Source: Candidatus Saccharimonadota bacterium
GTDB lineage: Bacteria > Patescibacteriota > Gracilibacteria > UBA1369 > 2-02-FULL-48-14
DNA: 32,000 nucleotides
Direction of reading: 5' to 3'
Assembly: GCA_965230905.1 (NCBI GenBank)
Contig: OZ246396.1
Coordinates: 810,001 to 842,000, forward strand
Positions 8,509-16,545 of this stretch are shown here, piece after piece. Both the position numbers and the translations under genes were made by a program. The notes beneath the pieces are model-generated. The model made no database searches and was not told where the DNA came from. It was given only the letters and a program-made list of their open reading frames with translations. Positions within the stretch are counted from its first letter, which is position 1. Each line of letters opens with the position of its first letter.

Positions 8509-8528
8509 GGACCCATCTTAGCAGAGTT

Positions 8529-10127
8529 TTACCAAACGTTCATAACGGATGGGTTTACTTTCATGCCGTTGTAAATGAGTTCGAAGTGAAGGTGAGCTCC
8601 GGAGTTCCCATAAACTCGTCCGCTACTTCCCATGGTAGCTAGTTCTTGACCCTGGCTTACTTCATCGCCTGCTTCCACATACACTTCGTTGCAGTGTGCG
8701 TATTTAGAGGTGTACCCATTGCCATGATCGATGACAAAGTAATTCCCGTATCCGCCATTCCATAGGCCGAGTTCGCCGACTTCTACAACCGTTCCAGAAG
8801 CAATTGCCACAAGAGGAGTGCCGTTTTCGTTGGCGATGTCATACCCATAATGTCCGGCGGTGTAGCCTGCGCTTATGTTTCCTTCCGTGGCACGGACGAA
8901 ACTCACATTTTCAGGCAGATCTCCTTCAAATATTTCCACTTGAGTTTCTTCTATCTCTTCTTTGAAAGGACCTATTTGCATTTCGATCAGCATTTTGTCC
9001 CATTCATTTAGAGCTTCTACTGGCACGCTGTCTAAGACAGCTTTGCTTTCATCTTCACTGAGTTTCTCACCTTTGTAGTAGCAGCCACTTTCTTCAACGG
9101 AGTTAGGGATGCCTAGTGTGGTTGTCGGACTCACCGCCAAGTCGTAGTTGGAAGGGTCAAAAATTTCAGCGGCTTTATCTGCGGGCAAGTACTCATGTGC
9201 GAGGTAGGTGGTGAGATCGTAACGATTTGGTTCCTCTGCGAACGTAAGTTTTTGCTTTTCTAATTTATAAGTTGCTAAGTTGAAGTAGGAATATATGGTT
9301 TGTTCGTTTGCTTCCCATTTGAATACAAAGTAGTCGCCGTCAATATAGGCACTCCGTGTAGAGGAATTTCCCTCGGCCAAAGTCTCTAAAAGTTCTTTAA
9401 CTGCTGTAGCTGAATTGTCCTGAGAAAATAATTGCTGTTCGGGTGTGAGTGCGGCATCTTCTATATATTCGCTGCTTTGTCCTTCAATTGTATAAACGGT
9501 GGGATCTTCTTCGGCGATTTTTAGAATGGCTTTATAAATAGTTTCGTCCACAATTTCTGTTTGAGTGCAGGTGTATTTATTTCCAGCGAAAGTTAGGTCC
9601 CATTCATCTAAACCGCCCATTTCTTCAACCCACTCAGGAGGTTCGTACGAAACGATGTCGCCATATTCATCCACTTTGGTCATGGTGGCTTGCACGAGTT
9701 CTTTGGTGTCGGGATTGCGAATCGTCTGTAGAAAATTTCCTTGTTCGTCCATCCATACTTCTTCGAGCGAGGCTTCTACGACGATGTCGTTTTCAAAACG
9801 TTGGCTGAGGCGTTCTTCGTGGAAAATGCCGGATTGTGGTTCGTACTGTTCGGAGGCTTTGGCTAAAAATTCCTGCGGGTCGAGGCCTTTGGGGAGCAGC
9901 ATCAGGGTGGTGAAGGCCACCAAGACTAGCACTCCTGCGTAGGCAAGTGAGTAACGTTTCATAGACTGAAAGATAAAGGCTAAACCTGAGACGCGCGGTT
10001 CAGTCAAAATTTCCTCTGCCTGTGCGAGCAATTTTTGTTTAAGGGTTTGCACAAAGGCAGCATCGGCGGACGGTCGACTCGTCTGGAGTGCTGAAAGGAA
10101 ATCGGGCTGTGAACTTTTACGTTTCAT
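8529..10127 (-). CDS. single-pass membrane protein with a C-terminal M23 (LytM) peptidase domain, in the anti-sigma position
   Basis: 532 aa. It has a cytoplasmic N-terminus of about 55 aa, a TM (YSLAYAGVLVLVAFTTLMLLP) and an unassigned extracytoplasmic region of about 330 aa. The C-terminal M23 domain has HYGYD (HxxxD) and GAHLHFE (HxH). It starts 27 bp after the sigma-factor stop. Confidence 0.8.
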   Translation of the reverse strand: MKRKSSQPDFLSALQTSRPSADAAFVQTLKQKLLAQAEEILTEPRVSGLAFIFQSMKRYSLAYAGVLVLVAFTTLMLLPKGLDPQEFLAKASEQYEPQSGIFHEERLSQRFENDIVVEASLEEVWMDEQGNFLQTIRNPDTKELVQATMTKVDEYGDIVSYEPPEWVEEMGGLDEWDLTFAGNKYTCTQTEIVDETIYKAILKIAEEDPTVYTIEGQSSEYIEDAALTPEQQLFSQDNSATAVKELLETLAEGNSSTRSAYIDGDYFVFKWEANEQTIYSYFNLATYKLEKQKLTFAEEPNRYDLTTYLAHEYLPADKAAEIFDPSNYDLAVSPTTTLGIPNSVEESGCYYKGEKLSEDESKAVLDSVPVEALNEWDKMLIEMQIGPFKEEIEETQVEIFEGDLPENVSFVRATEGNISAGYTAGHYGYDIANENGTPLVAIASGTVVEVGELGLWNGGYGNYFVIDHGNGYTSKYAHCNEVYVEAGDEVSQGQELATMGSSGRVYGNSGAHLHFELIYNGMKVNPSVMNVW

Positions 10128-10154
10128 GTTTATAGAGAGCGGTTAGGAGAATTT

Positions 10155-10751
10155 TTACTGCAAGTTCTTCCAACGGTCGCGGAGCGTGTGCAGTGCGCGC
10201 GATAAATTGGATGCCACGGTTTTTTGTGACACGCAGAGCGCTTTTGCAATTTCTTTATTACGGAGATCGGAAAAATAACGCAATGTAAGTGTTTCGCGTT
10301 GTTCGTCGGGAAGGGCGTTGATGAGTGTGCGAATTTGCAGCGCGTCGTCGCTTTGTTGTGCGAGTGCATGCGGCTCTGGTTCTTCACTCGCAAAGTTTTC
10401 ATGTTCTTCTTGCAGCGTCACGGCATCTTTTTTTTCGGTGAAAAATTTATTCAAACAATTGCGTGCGATGGTAAAAAGCCATCCGCGGAAGACGACGGTC
10501 TTATTTGAATTGAGATGTTTGATATTTTTTAAAACCGCTTCCCACACTTGGCTCGTTAAGTCTTCGGACGCTTTTGTATCGTGGAGTCGCGCGGCGAAAT
10601 ATCGATACACCGCTTGCACATGCTCTTCGTAGAGTTTTGCAAATGCGTGAGGGTCCGTTTTGGCACGTCGAATGAGACTCATTGTGTATGAAGATCGCTT
10701 TTTAAATCGTTTACTGCAAGTTTCTAAAAAGCAGACTAGCATACTTTCCAT
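10155..10751 (-). CDS. ECF-type sigma-70 family RNA polymerase sigma factor
   Basis: Region 2 is FAKLYEEHVQAVYRYFAARL...SQVWEAVLKNI. The region 4 HTH is RETLTLRYFSDLRNKEIAKALCVSQKTVASNLSRALHTLR. An alternative, possibly better, start is the ATG at 10680-10682 (MSLIRRAKTD...). Confidence 0.85.
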   Translation of the reverse strand: MESMLVCFLETCSKRFKKRSSYTMSLIRRAKTDPHAFAKLYEEHVQAVYRYFAARLHDTKASEDLTSQVWEAVLKNIKHLNSNKTVVFRGWLFTIARNCLNKFFTEKKDAVTLQEEHENFASEEPEPHALAQQSDDALQIRTLINALPDEQRETLTLRYFSDLRNKEIAKALCVSQKTVASNLSRALHTLRDRWKNLQ

Positions 10752-10887
10752 TTTATTTATATGTCCATCTTATATATAGAATAAATTTTTATTTGCGAGA
10801 GTGATTTTGAATAAGAGTTCTTGTCGAGTTTTGTAAAAAAGAGGACAGTTTTTGTAGCTCTTTTTTTACTTCATTACCCACAACGCC

Positions 10888-11025
10888 ATGCCGGTAAAAA
10901 AGAAGAAAGCATCTAAGCCAGCTAAAAAAGCTGCACCTAAAAAAAAGGTTGCTAAAAAGCCCGTAAAAAAGGCTGCTAAGAAAGCTGCGCCAAAGAAGAA
11001 GGCCGCTGCTAAGAAGCGTCGTTAA
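10888..11025 (+). CDS. 45-aa Lys/Ala/Pro-rich basic protein (histone H1-like low-complexity), below the ORF-track cutoff
   Basis: Hand translation gives MPVKKKKASKPAKKAAPKKKVAKKPVKKAAKKAAPKKKAAAKKRR*. The ATG is at 10888 and the TAA at 11023-11025, and a strong hairpin terminator follows. The 88-aa antisense ORF in the track is F/L/S-rich, the mirror image of a poly-Lys coding run. Confidence 0.55.
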   Translation: MPVKKKKASKPAKKAAPKKKVAKKPVKKAAKKAAPKKKAAAKKRR

Positions 11026-11045
11026 GTTCAAGCCCTCTTCACGCC

Positions 11046-11079
11046 AAAACTCCATCCGTAAAAAAGGTGGAGTTTTTTT
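11046..11079. terminator. bidirectional intrinsic terminator
   Basis: The stem is AAAACTCCA (11046-11054) paired with TGGAGTTTT (11068-11076), and the T-run extends to 11079. An A-run precedes it and a T-run follows, so it can terminate both the small + ORF and the convergent lipoprotein gene, whose stop is at 11078-11080. Confidence 0.65.
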
Positions 11080-11545
11080 ATTGCAGCTGAAGTGGGAAAA
11101 AGTACTGCGCTTTTCCCTCCACTACAAAGTCTACGTTTATATAGAGCGCGAATGCATTTTCATCGCTGGGAAAAATTTCTTCAAATAAAAAAGTTTTCTC
11201 ATCCACTTGCGTGTACGGCAATTCACGATGGGTGATTTCACCGTTTTTGTTTATCATTTTTGCGCTGATGGTGTTGATGCTGTCGGTGTCCCACTCAACG
11301 GTGAGGGTGAGCTCATCGCCATTTGTATAGGGCGTGTAGGTGAGCGCAGAATAATCGGGATCGGGTTTTTCAAAACAAACCACGTCGGTGCAAAAAGGCC
11401 CTTCGAAACCTGGAATGCCGGTTCCGTCGGCGGTGTTGAGCGTGACGGTTGGGCGGTCACGGAGTTCCGCTTGCATGTCCACGTGGAGACTGTCGTCGCA
11501 GCCAGCGAAGGTGAGCAGAGCTGCTAAGAGGAGGAATTTTTTCAT
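11078..11545 (-). CDS. hypothetical lipoprotein
   Basis: The signal peptide has a lipobox (MKKFLLLAALLTFAGC). The extended -10 TGTTATAAT (core hexamer at 11559-11554) ends 8 nt upstream of the ATG. Confidence 0.7.
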   Translation of the reverse strand: MKKFLLLAALLTFAGCDDSLHVDMQAELRDRPTVTLNTADGTGIPGFEGPFCTDVVCFEKPDPDYSALTYTPYTNGDELTLTVEWDTDSINTISAKMINKNGEITHRELPYTQVDEKTFLFEEIFPSDENAFALYINVDFVVEGKAQYFFPLQLQ

Positions 11546-11652
11546 AGGCGGCTATTATAACATAGCTTTATAGAAATAAGAGTGTAGTAGGGAAAACCCT
11601 GTAAGGAAAAAACTTCTGCAGCGTCCCAATTAATGACTCTCATCACACAACT

Positions 11653-12939
11653 ATGAATTCTCATGCTCCTTCTTTGCCGTCGCTCTTTCCATTGGAGTCG
11701 ACGGTCAGCTTCACTCCACTTTTAGAGAAAATTGGGGATTCGCGATTGGTGCTTTTGGGCGGTGCTTCGTACGGTACGCGTGAATTTTATGAGTGGCGTA
11801 TGCGGCTTACCGAGCGTCTTATAAAAGAAAAAGGATTTTCGTTTATTGCGGCGGAAGGAGACTGGAACAGCTGTTACGAAGTGAACCGTTTTGTGAAGGG
11901 TAAGCGGTATCAAGGTCAGAGTGTTCAAAGCGCGCTCAGGCATTTTAAATTTTGGCCAACGTGGGTGTGGGCGAATGAAGAAATGGAGGGCTTTGTGCGA
12001 TGGCTTTTGGAGTACAATAAAGCTTTAAGTGAGGATAAAAAGGTGGGGTTTTATGGGCTCGGGATTTATAGTCTCAACGAAAGTGTGAACGCGCTTGCCA
12101 CCTACGCGGAAAAAAATGATGATTTGAAAGTGGCGAATGTATATGAGGCGTACCGCTGTTTTGAACCATTTGGAAATGATCCTCATACCTATGCGTTTTT
12201 GACGCCTTTTGTGCCGGAAAATAAGCAGGAAGAAGTGACGAAAATGCTAACTGCCATGCGCAGCCGTGTGCGTGAATATGAAAATGATAAGGAGGATTTT
12301 TTCTGTGCCAAGCAAGATGCGCTGGCTTCTTTAAATGCCGAAGAATATTACCGAATTATGGTGAAAGGAAACCGAGACTCGTGGAATCAGCGTGAAGCTT
12401 CCATGGCAAAAATGGTGGAAGATTTATTGGAACTGCATGGGCCGGAAAGTAAAATAATAGTATGGGCAAACATCACGCACGTGGCGGATGCGAGTGGAGC
12501 CGATACGGCCCGCCACAACATGATCAGCATGGGACAATTGCTTCGTGAAAAATTTGGGAAAGACGTTTTTTTGGTGGGGACGGGATCCTATAGGGGTGAA
12601 GTTTTGTCTGCGCAGGTGTGGGGCGCGCCGGTTTCCAAAGTGGAAGTACCTCCACCTTTGGATAGTTCCTGGGAGCACGCGCTGCACGGCATGGAGCCTA
12701 AAGATAAAATTGTTATTTTTGACGAAAACCCGCTGTGGGAAGAGTCTCGGCATCAGCGCGACATCGGCCTTGTGTACATGCCTGGCCGCGATTATTTAAA
12801 TTATGTTCCGGTTAAGCTCTCAAAGAGCTATGATGCCCTTATATTTGTGGATCAAACTACGGCGCTGCGACCTTTAACCAACATTGAACCCGAACATGAA
12901 GTCCTCGAGGAACGCATTGTCGCTAGAGAACCTTTGTAA
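11653..12939 (+). CDS. erythromycin esterase family (PF05139-like) protein, divergent at conserved motif positions
   Basis: Family-typical blocks are LVLLGGASYGTREFY, IAAEGDWNSCYEVNRFV, FWPTWVWANEEM, GFYGLGIYSL and IVWANITHV. The motif I recall as GE(A/S)xHGT reads GGASYGT here. Confidence 0.8.
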   Translation: MNSHAPSLPSLFPLESTVSFTPLLEKIGDSRLVLLGGASYGTREFYEWRMRLTERLIKEKGFSFIAAEGDWNSCYEVNRFVKGKRYQGQSVQSALRHFKFWPTWVWANEEMEGFVRWLLEYNKALSEDKKVGFYGLGIYSLNESVNALATYAEKNDDLKVANVYEAYRCFEPFGNDPHTYAFLTPFVPENKQEEVTKMLTAMRSRVREYENDKEDFFCAKQDALASLNAEEYYRIMVKGNRDSWNQREASMAKMVEDLLELHGPESKIIVWANITHVADASGADTARHNMISMGQLLREKFGKDVFLVGTGSYRGEVLSAQVWGAPVSKVEVPPPLDSSWEHALHGMEPKDKIVIFDENPLWEESRHQRDIGLVYMPGRDYLNYVPVKLSKSYDALIFVDQTTALRPLTNIEPEHEVLEERIVAREPL

Positions 12940-13771
12940 GACTTATAAAAATGGAGTCCACGCTTTGAATAATGTGAACTTAGAGCTTTTTGAAGGCGAT
13001 TTTTTTGCGCTGCTGGGGCCGAATGGCGCGGGCAAAACCACACTGATTGGCGTGGTGACGGGACTGGTGGAAAAGAACAGCGGTGACGTGCGTATTTTTG
13101 GAATCGATCCGGAAAAAAATCCGTCGGCGGCCAAGCAGGCGGTGGGCGTGGTGCCGCAGGAATTCAATTTTAATATTTTTGAAAAAGTTTTGGACATTGT
13201 GGTGACCCAGGCCGGTTACTTTGGTATTCCCAAAAAAGAAGCCGAACTGCGGGCTGAGAAAATTTTAACGGAGCTCGGGCTCTGGGATAAAAAAGATTCC
13301 ATGTCGATGCGGCTTTCCGGCGGTATGAAACGCCGCTTGCTCATTGCGCGCGGCCTCATTCATGATCCGCAGCTGCTTATTTTGGATGAACCCACCGCCG
13401 GCGTGGATGTGGAACTGCGGCACGGCATGTGGAAATATTTGACCAAGCTGAATAAGGAAGGAAAAACCATTCTGCTCACCACGCATTATTTGGAAGAAGC
13501 AGAAAAACTGAGCAAGCGAGTCGCTATTATTCAGGGAGGTGAGATCATTCGCGAGGGGAATATTAAGGAGCTGATTCGGGCTATGGAGAAAAAAACCTAC
13601 CTGTTCCGCTTTAGTGATGGCGAGGAAAGGGAAGTGATTTTCCGTGGCAAAGATTCCTTGATGGACGCGATTGAAAAATTCAAAAAGGAAGGGAAGGTGA
13701 TTGTGGATTTGGGGCCTAAGATGAATCCGCTGGAGGAACTCTTTTTAGATCTCTTACAAAAAGACGCATGA
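12884..13771 (+). CDS. yadG: ABC transporter ATP-binding protein (ABC-2 exporter type, YadG-like)
   Basis: Walker A GPNGAGKTT, signature LSGGMKRR and Walker B LLILDEP are present. The called start overlaps the upstream gene by 56 nt. In-frame alternatives are ATG 12896 and TTG 12917. Confidence 0.85.
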   Translation: MNPNMKSSRNALSLENLCKTYKNGVHALNNVNLELFEGDFFALLGPNGAGKTTLIGVVTGLVEKNSGDVRIFGIDPEKNPSAAKQAVGVVPQEFNFNIFEKVLDIVVTQAGYFGIPKKEAELRAEKILTELGLWDKKDSMSMRLSGGMKRRLLIARGLIHDPQLLILDEPTAGVDVELRHGMWKYLTKLNKEGKTILLTTHYLEEAEKLSKRVAIIQGGEIIREGNIKELIRAMEKKTYLFRFSDGEEREVIFRGKDSLMDAIEKFKKEGKVIVDLGPKMNPLEELFLDLLQKDA

Positions 13772-14541
13772 ACTTTGCAGGACAATGGGTAGCTTTCATG
13801 ACGATTGTGCGCAAAGAAGTCACGCGCTTCATGCGTATTTGGCCGCAAACCCTTTTGCCGCCCGTGATCAACCAAGCACTTTATTTTGTTATTTTTGGCG
13901 GATTCATTGGATCGCAGATCAAGGAAGTGCAGGGCGTTTCGTACATGGAGTTCATTGTTCCCGGCCTGATTATGATGGCCGTCATCAGCAACTCGTTCGC
14001 GAACGTGGTGAGTTCCTTTTTTGGAACCAAGTTCATGCACAATGTGGAAGAGCTCATGGTTTCGCCCACGAATAATAGCGTGATTGTACTCGGTTGGAGC
14101 GTGGGCGGAATGCTGCGTGGATTTTTAATTGGGCTGATTGTATTTGGCGTTTCTTTTTTCTTTACGAGTCCGCAGATTGAGCATCCGATTTTGTTGCTGC
14201 TTTTTGTGATTCTTACTGCGGCGGTATTTTCGTTCGGAGGATTTTTAAATGCGCTGTTTGCGAAAAAATTCGATGACGTGAGTGTTTTCCCCACTTTTAT
14301 TTTAACGCCGCTCACTTATTTGGGCGGAGTGTTTTATGCGGTGAGCAGTCTTCCACCGTTTTGGCAGACCGTTTCCAAATTCAATCCCATCGTTTATATA
14401 ATGGACGGTTTCCGCTACAGCTTTTATGGAACGGCGGAAATGAATGTGTGGGGCAGCTTGGGAATTTTATCCGCATTCACCGTGGGACTGTTTTGGCTGA
14501 ACGTAAGTTTGCTAAATAAAGGGAAGGGGCTTAAGAATTAG
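13768..14541 (+). CDS. yadH: ABC-2 type transporter permease (YadH-like)
   Basis: 257 aa with 6 TM. It resembles YadH as I recall it along its length (RIWPQTLLPPVINQALYFVIFG, FIVPGLIMMAVISNSFANVVSSFFG, TPLTYLGGVFY, NPIVYIMDGFRY). The start overlaps the ATPase stop (ATGA). Confidence 0.85.
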   Translation: MNFAGQWVAFMTIVRKEVTRFMRIWPQTLLPPVINQALYFVIFGGFIGSQIKEVQGVSYMEFIVPGLIMMAVISNSFANVVSSFFGTKFMHNVEELMVSPTNNSVIVLGWSVGGMLRGFLIGLIVFGVSFFFTSPQIEHPILLLLFVILTAAVFSFGGFLNALFAKKFDDVSVFPTFILTPLTYLGGVFYAVSSLPPFWQTVSKFNPIVYIMDGFRYSFYGTAEMNVWGSLGILSAFTVGLFWLNVSLLNKGKGLKN

Positions 14542-15554
14542 GATTTTACGGCAGAAAAATCTCCGGCACGTGGAGAAGCCATTTCGTTGTAGACTGCGCG
14601 CGAGACGGTTTGAATCAAGGTGCTGAGGTGCTCGAATGAAACAGGGCTTTTGCTCATTACACAGAGTAAGTAGGGCTTGCTTGTGGCATAAACGATTCCA
14701 CAGTCGTGGAGTTCATAGAGTACTACCTCACCTTGTGAATTTTCAATTTTGCGTTCGCCAAATTTTTCTGCAATGGCCACGCTGTCGGGCATGCCGCTGG
14801 CCAGGCCTTCTGAAAAGTTACTTTGAGTCATTAGGGCTAAGCTCTGTTCCGAATTTGCGTGGTTGAGGTAGGAAGCGTTGTAAAGAACTCGGAAAAAATG
14901 GGAATAATTTTTGGCGGTCATGAATTGTTCGGTACTACTATTGGAAGGGAGGTCGAGGCCCAAGTCGGTATAAATCTCATTTTTAAAATTTTCATCCAAA
15001 ATGGTATTGAGTGCGTACGTTGCATTGTTGTCTGAATCATTGAGCATGGCGAACAACAGTTCCGTTACCGTGTACTTTTTGCCAGGGATGGTCGGATTTT
15101 TTGGTGGGAAATTCTGGGTTTCATTCCAATCGGTTTCATTTATGGTCACTTCAGTGGTCAAGATGCTGGGTTGTGACTCAGCCATTTTCATATAGGCAAT
15201 GAACAGCGGTAGCTTGAGCAAGGAAGCGGGCGAGAAAGTTTCTTCAGGATTTATGGAGAACCACTCTCCCGTGTCGAGTTCACGGAAATACACCGAAACC
15301 ACGTCGCTGCTTTCTGTTTGAGCGGCGAGATCTTGTTCAACGGTATTTTTTAAGTAGTCAAAATCGTTGGATTCCACTTGTTCAGAAATGCCGCAGAGGA
15401 GCAGCGGGTTTACATACTGGTATTCATTGTCATCCCGAATGGGCTGGGTACCTGAGAGAGTCGTGTTTGAACTTAAGAATTGGTTCATCAGCAGACTGGA
15501 ACCAAATCCAGCGGCAAAAATCAGAAGGGCAGGGGCGAGGCTTTTAAACTTCAT
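14538..15554 (-). CDS. class A beta-lactamase-related serine hydrolase (secreted or membrane-anchored)
   Basis: It has an N-terminal signal/anchor, an SxxK motif (SLLK in PASLLKLP) and an SDN motif (NDSDNNAT). The third box reads KFG rather than KTG. Its 3' end overlaps yadH by 4 nt in convergent orientation. Confidence 0.7.
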   Translation of the reverse strand: MKFKSLAPALLIFAAGFGSSLLMNQFLSSNTTLSGTQPIRDDNEYQYVNPLLLCGISEQVESNDFDYLKNTVEQDLAAQTESSDVVSVYFRELDTGEWFSINPEETFSPASLLKLPLFIAYMKMAESQPSILTTEVTINETDWNETQNFPPKNPTIPGKKYTVTELLFAMLNDSDNNATYALNTILDENFKNEIYTDLGLDLPSNSSTEQFMTAKNYSHFFRVLYNASYLNHANSEQSLALMTQSNFSEGLASGMPDSVAIAEKFGERKIENSQGEVVLYELHDCGIVYATSKPYLLCVMSKSPVSFEHLSTLIQTVSRAVYNEMASPRAGDFSAVKS

Positions 15555-15658
15555 GAAATGATTAAAGCACTGGAGCGCCGCATTGCATATGGAAATTTAT
15601 TAATAATATTTTGCTGTAAGGTTTTTAATTCAGCTCGATTGAAAATTCAAAACGTGGT

Positions 15659-15687
15659 TTGCAGTCCCTATCCTTAGGCGGTAAAAT
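15659..15687 (+). promoter_or_regulatory. candidate sigma-70 promoter
   Basis: TTGCAG (15659-15664), a 17-nt spacer, then TAAAAT (15682-15687), upstream of the small membrane-protein ORF. Confidence 0.35.
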
Positions 15688-15758
15688 TCTTTATGCCAAC
15701 TCGCAGAAAGCTTTTTCGCTTTTCTTTTTGGCGGTTTACCCATTTAACCCCTTATTTT

Positions 15759-15962
15759 ATGGCTACCACTGTTCACGAACACCATACGGTTCCTGCCGAG
15801 GAGAGCTCTGCAGCGGGCTGGGCGGCACTCGCCATTATTTTACTGGGCCTCCTTATTTTTGGGGGACTGTATTTTTCCGGATACTTTGAAGGTAGCGGTG
15901 CTAGTGATAGCAACGATATCAACATAACGCTTCCGGAGACTACCGAAGAGTCTTCTAACTGA
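15759..15962 (+). CDS. small single-TM membrane protein (67 aa)
   Basis: ATG at 15759 (MATTVHEHH...). It has one hydrophobic helix (AGWAALAIILLGLLIFGGLYF) and an acidic/Ser-rich tail. The track's longer version starts upstream at 15693. Confidence 0.5.
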   Translation: MATTVHEHHTVPAEESSAAGWAALAIILLGLLIFGGLYFSGYFEGSGASDSNDINITLPETTEESSN

Positions 15963-15965
15963 GGC

Positions 15966-16460
15966 TTAACGGTAATTGGTGAAATCCACCGGTAGCGGCA
16001 GCGTTTTTTCGGCACGGAGCATGGTGATGACGCCTTGCAGTTCGTCGCGGGATTTGGATGTGACGCGAACCGTATCACCCTGGATGCTCGGTTTGGCCTT
16101 GGGAAATTGCTCGCGGATGAGCTTGGAGATTTGCTTGGCCATTTCTTGATCCAGGGTTTTGATGAGGTTAATTATGTAGCGCACTTGGTTTCCGCCAATT
16201 TTTTCCAGCTCGCCCTTTTTAAGAACCTTGGGTGAGAGTTTTCGGTTGATCATTTTTTGCAGCAAAATGCCCCACGCGGTCTCCAGCGACATCTCACTGG
16301 GCGCGGTGAGCGTGATTTTTTCGTCGGTGAGTTCCAATTCAATGCCCAGATCTTTCAGATCAAAACGTACGGAGATTTCTTTTTTAGTTTGCTCGTAGGC
16401 GTTGCGGACCTCTTGGAGGTCGAACTGACTGACGATGTCCATGGATGCGTCGGAGGCCAT
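15966..16460 (-). CDS. yajQ: YajQ family (UPF0234) nucleotide / cyclic-di-GMP-binding protein
   Basis: It aligns with E. coli YajQ as I recall it (DIVSQFDLQEVRNA...RFDLKD...IQGDTVRVTSKSRDELQGV...FTNYR). The likely start is ATG 16460 or 16442. The track start at 16511 adds a non-homologous extension. Confidence 0.85.
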   Translation of the reverse strand: MASDASMDIVSQFDLQEVRNAYEQTKKEISVRFDLKDLGIELELTDEKITLTAPSEMSLETAWGILLQKMINRKLSPKVLKKGELEKIGGNQVRYIINLIKTLDQEMAKQISKLIREQFPKAKPSIQGDTVRVTSKSRDELQGVITMLRAEKTLPLPVDFTNYR

Positions 16461-16504
16461 AAGAGTGGGGAAAAGTGAGTTGAGTATAGCTTTGAGCGAG
16501 GATT

Positions 16505-16533
16505 TTGACAAAGCCCCCCTTCTGCATCAGAAT
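16505..16533 (+). promoter_or_regulatory. sigma-70-type promoter for the 607-aa gene
   Basis: A perfect TTGACA (16505-16510), a 17-nt spacer, then CAGAAT (16528-16533), ending 12 nt before the ATG at 16546. This implies a very short leader and supports 16546 as the start. Confidence 0.5.
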
Positions 16534-16545
16534 GGGTCACTAATT

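Noticed and set aside
10752-10820. A possible autoregulatory ECF-type promoter (GAAC at 10820-10817 on the minus strand, then about 17 nt, then CTCG) upstream of the sigma gene.
   Set aside because: The -10 part does not match the CGT-type element that I would expect, and the region is AT-rich with many alternatives. It is too weak to call without TSS data.
10789-11055. An 88-aa minus-strand ORF listed in the track.
   Set aside because: It is antisense to the Lys/Ala-rich 45-aa ORF. Its F/L/S-rich composition is the complement of AAA/AAG/GCT runs. The terminator orientation and codon pattern favour the plus-strand small ORF.
16435-16545. An N-terminal extension of the 644-aa ORF call that overlaps the yajQ start.
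   Set aside because: A TTGACA-17-CAGAAT promoter lies inside the extension at 16505-16533. The ATG at 16546 follows that promoter, and the extension would overlap the yajQ coding start. The 16546 start is preferred.
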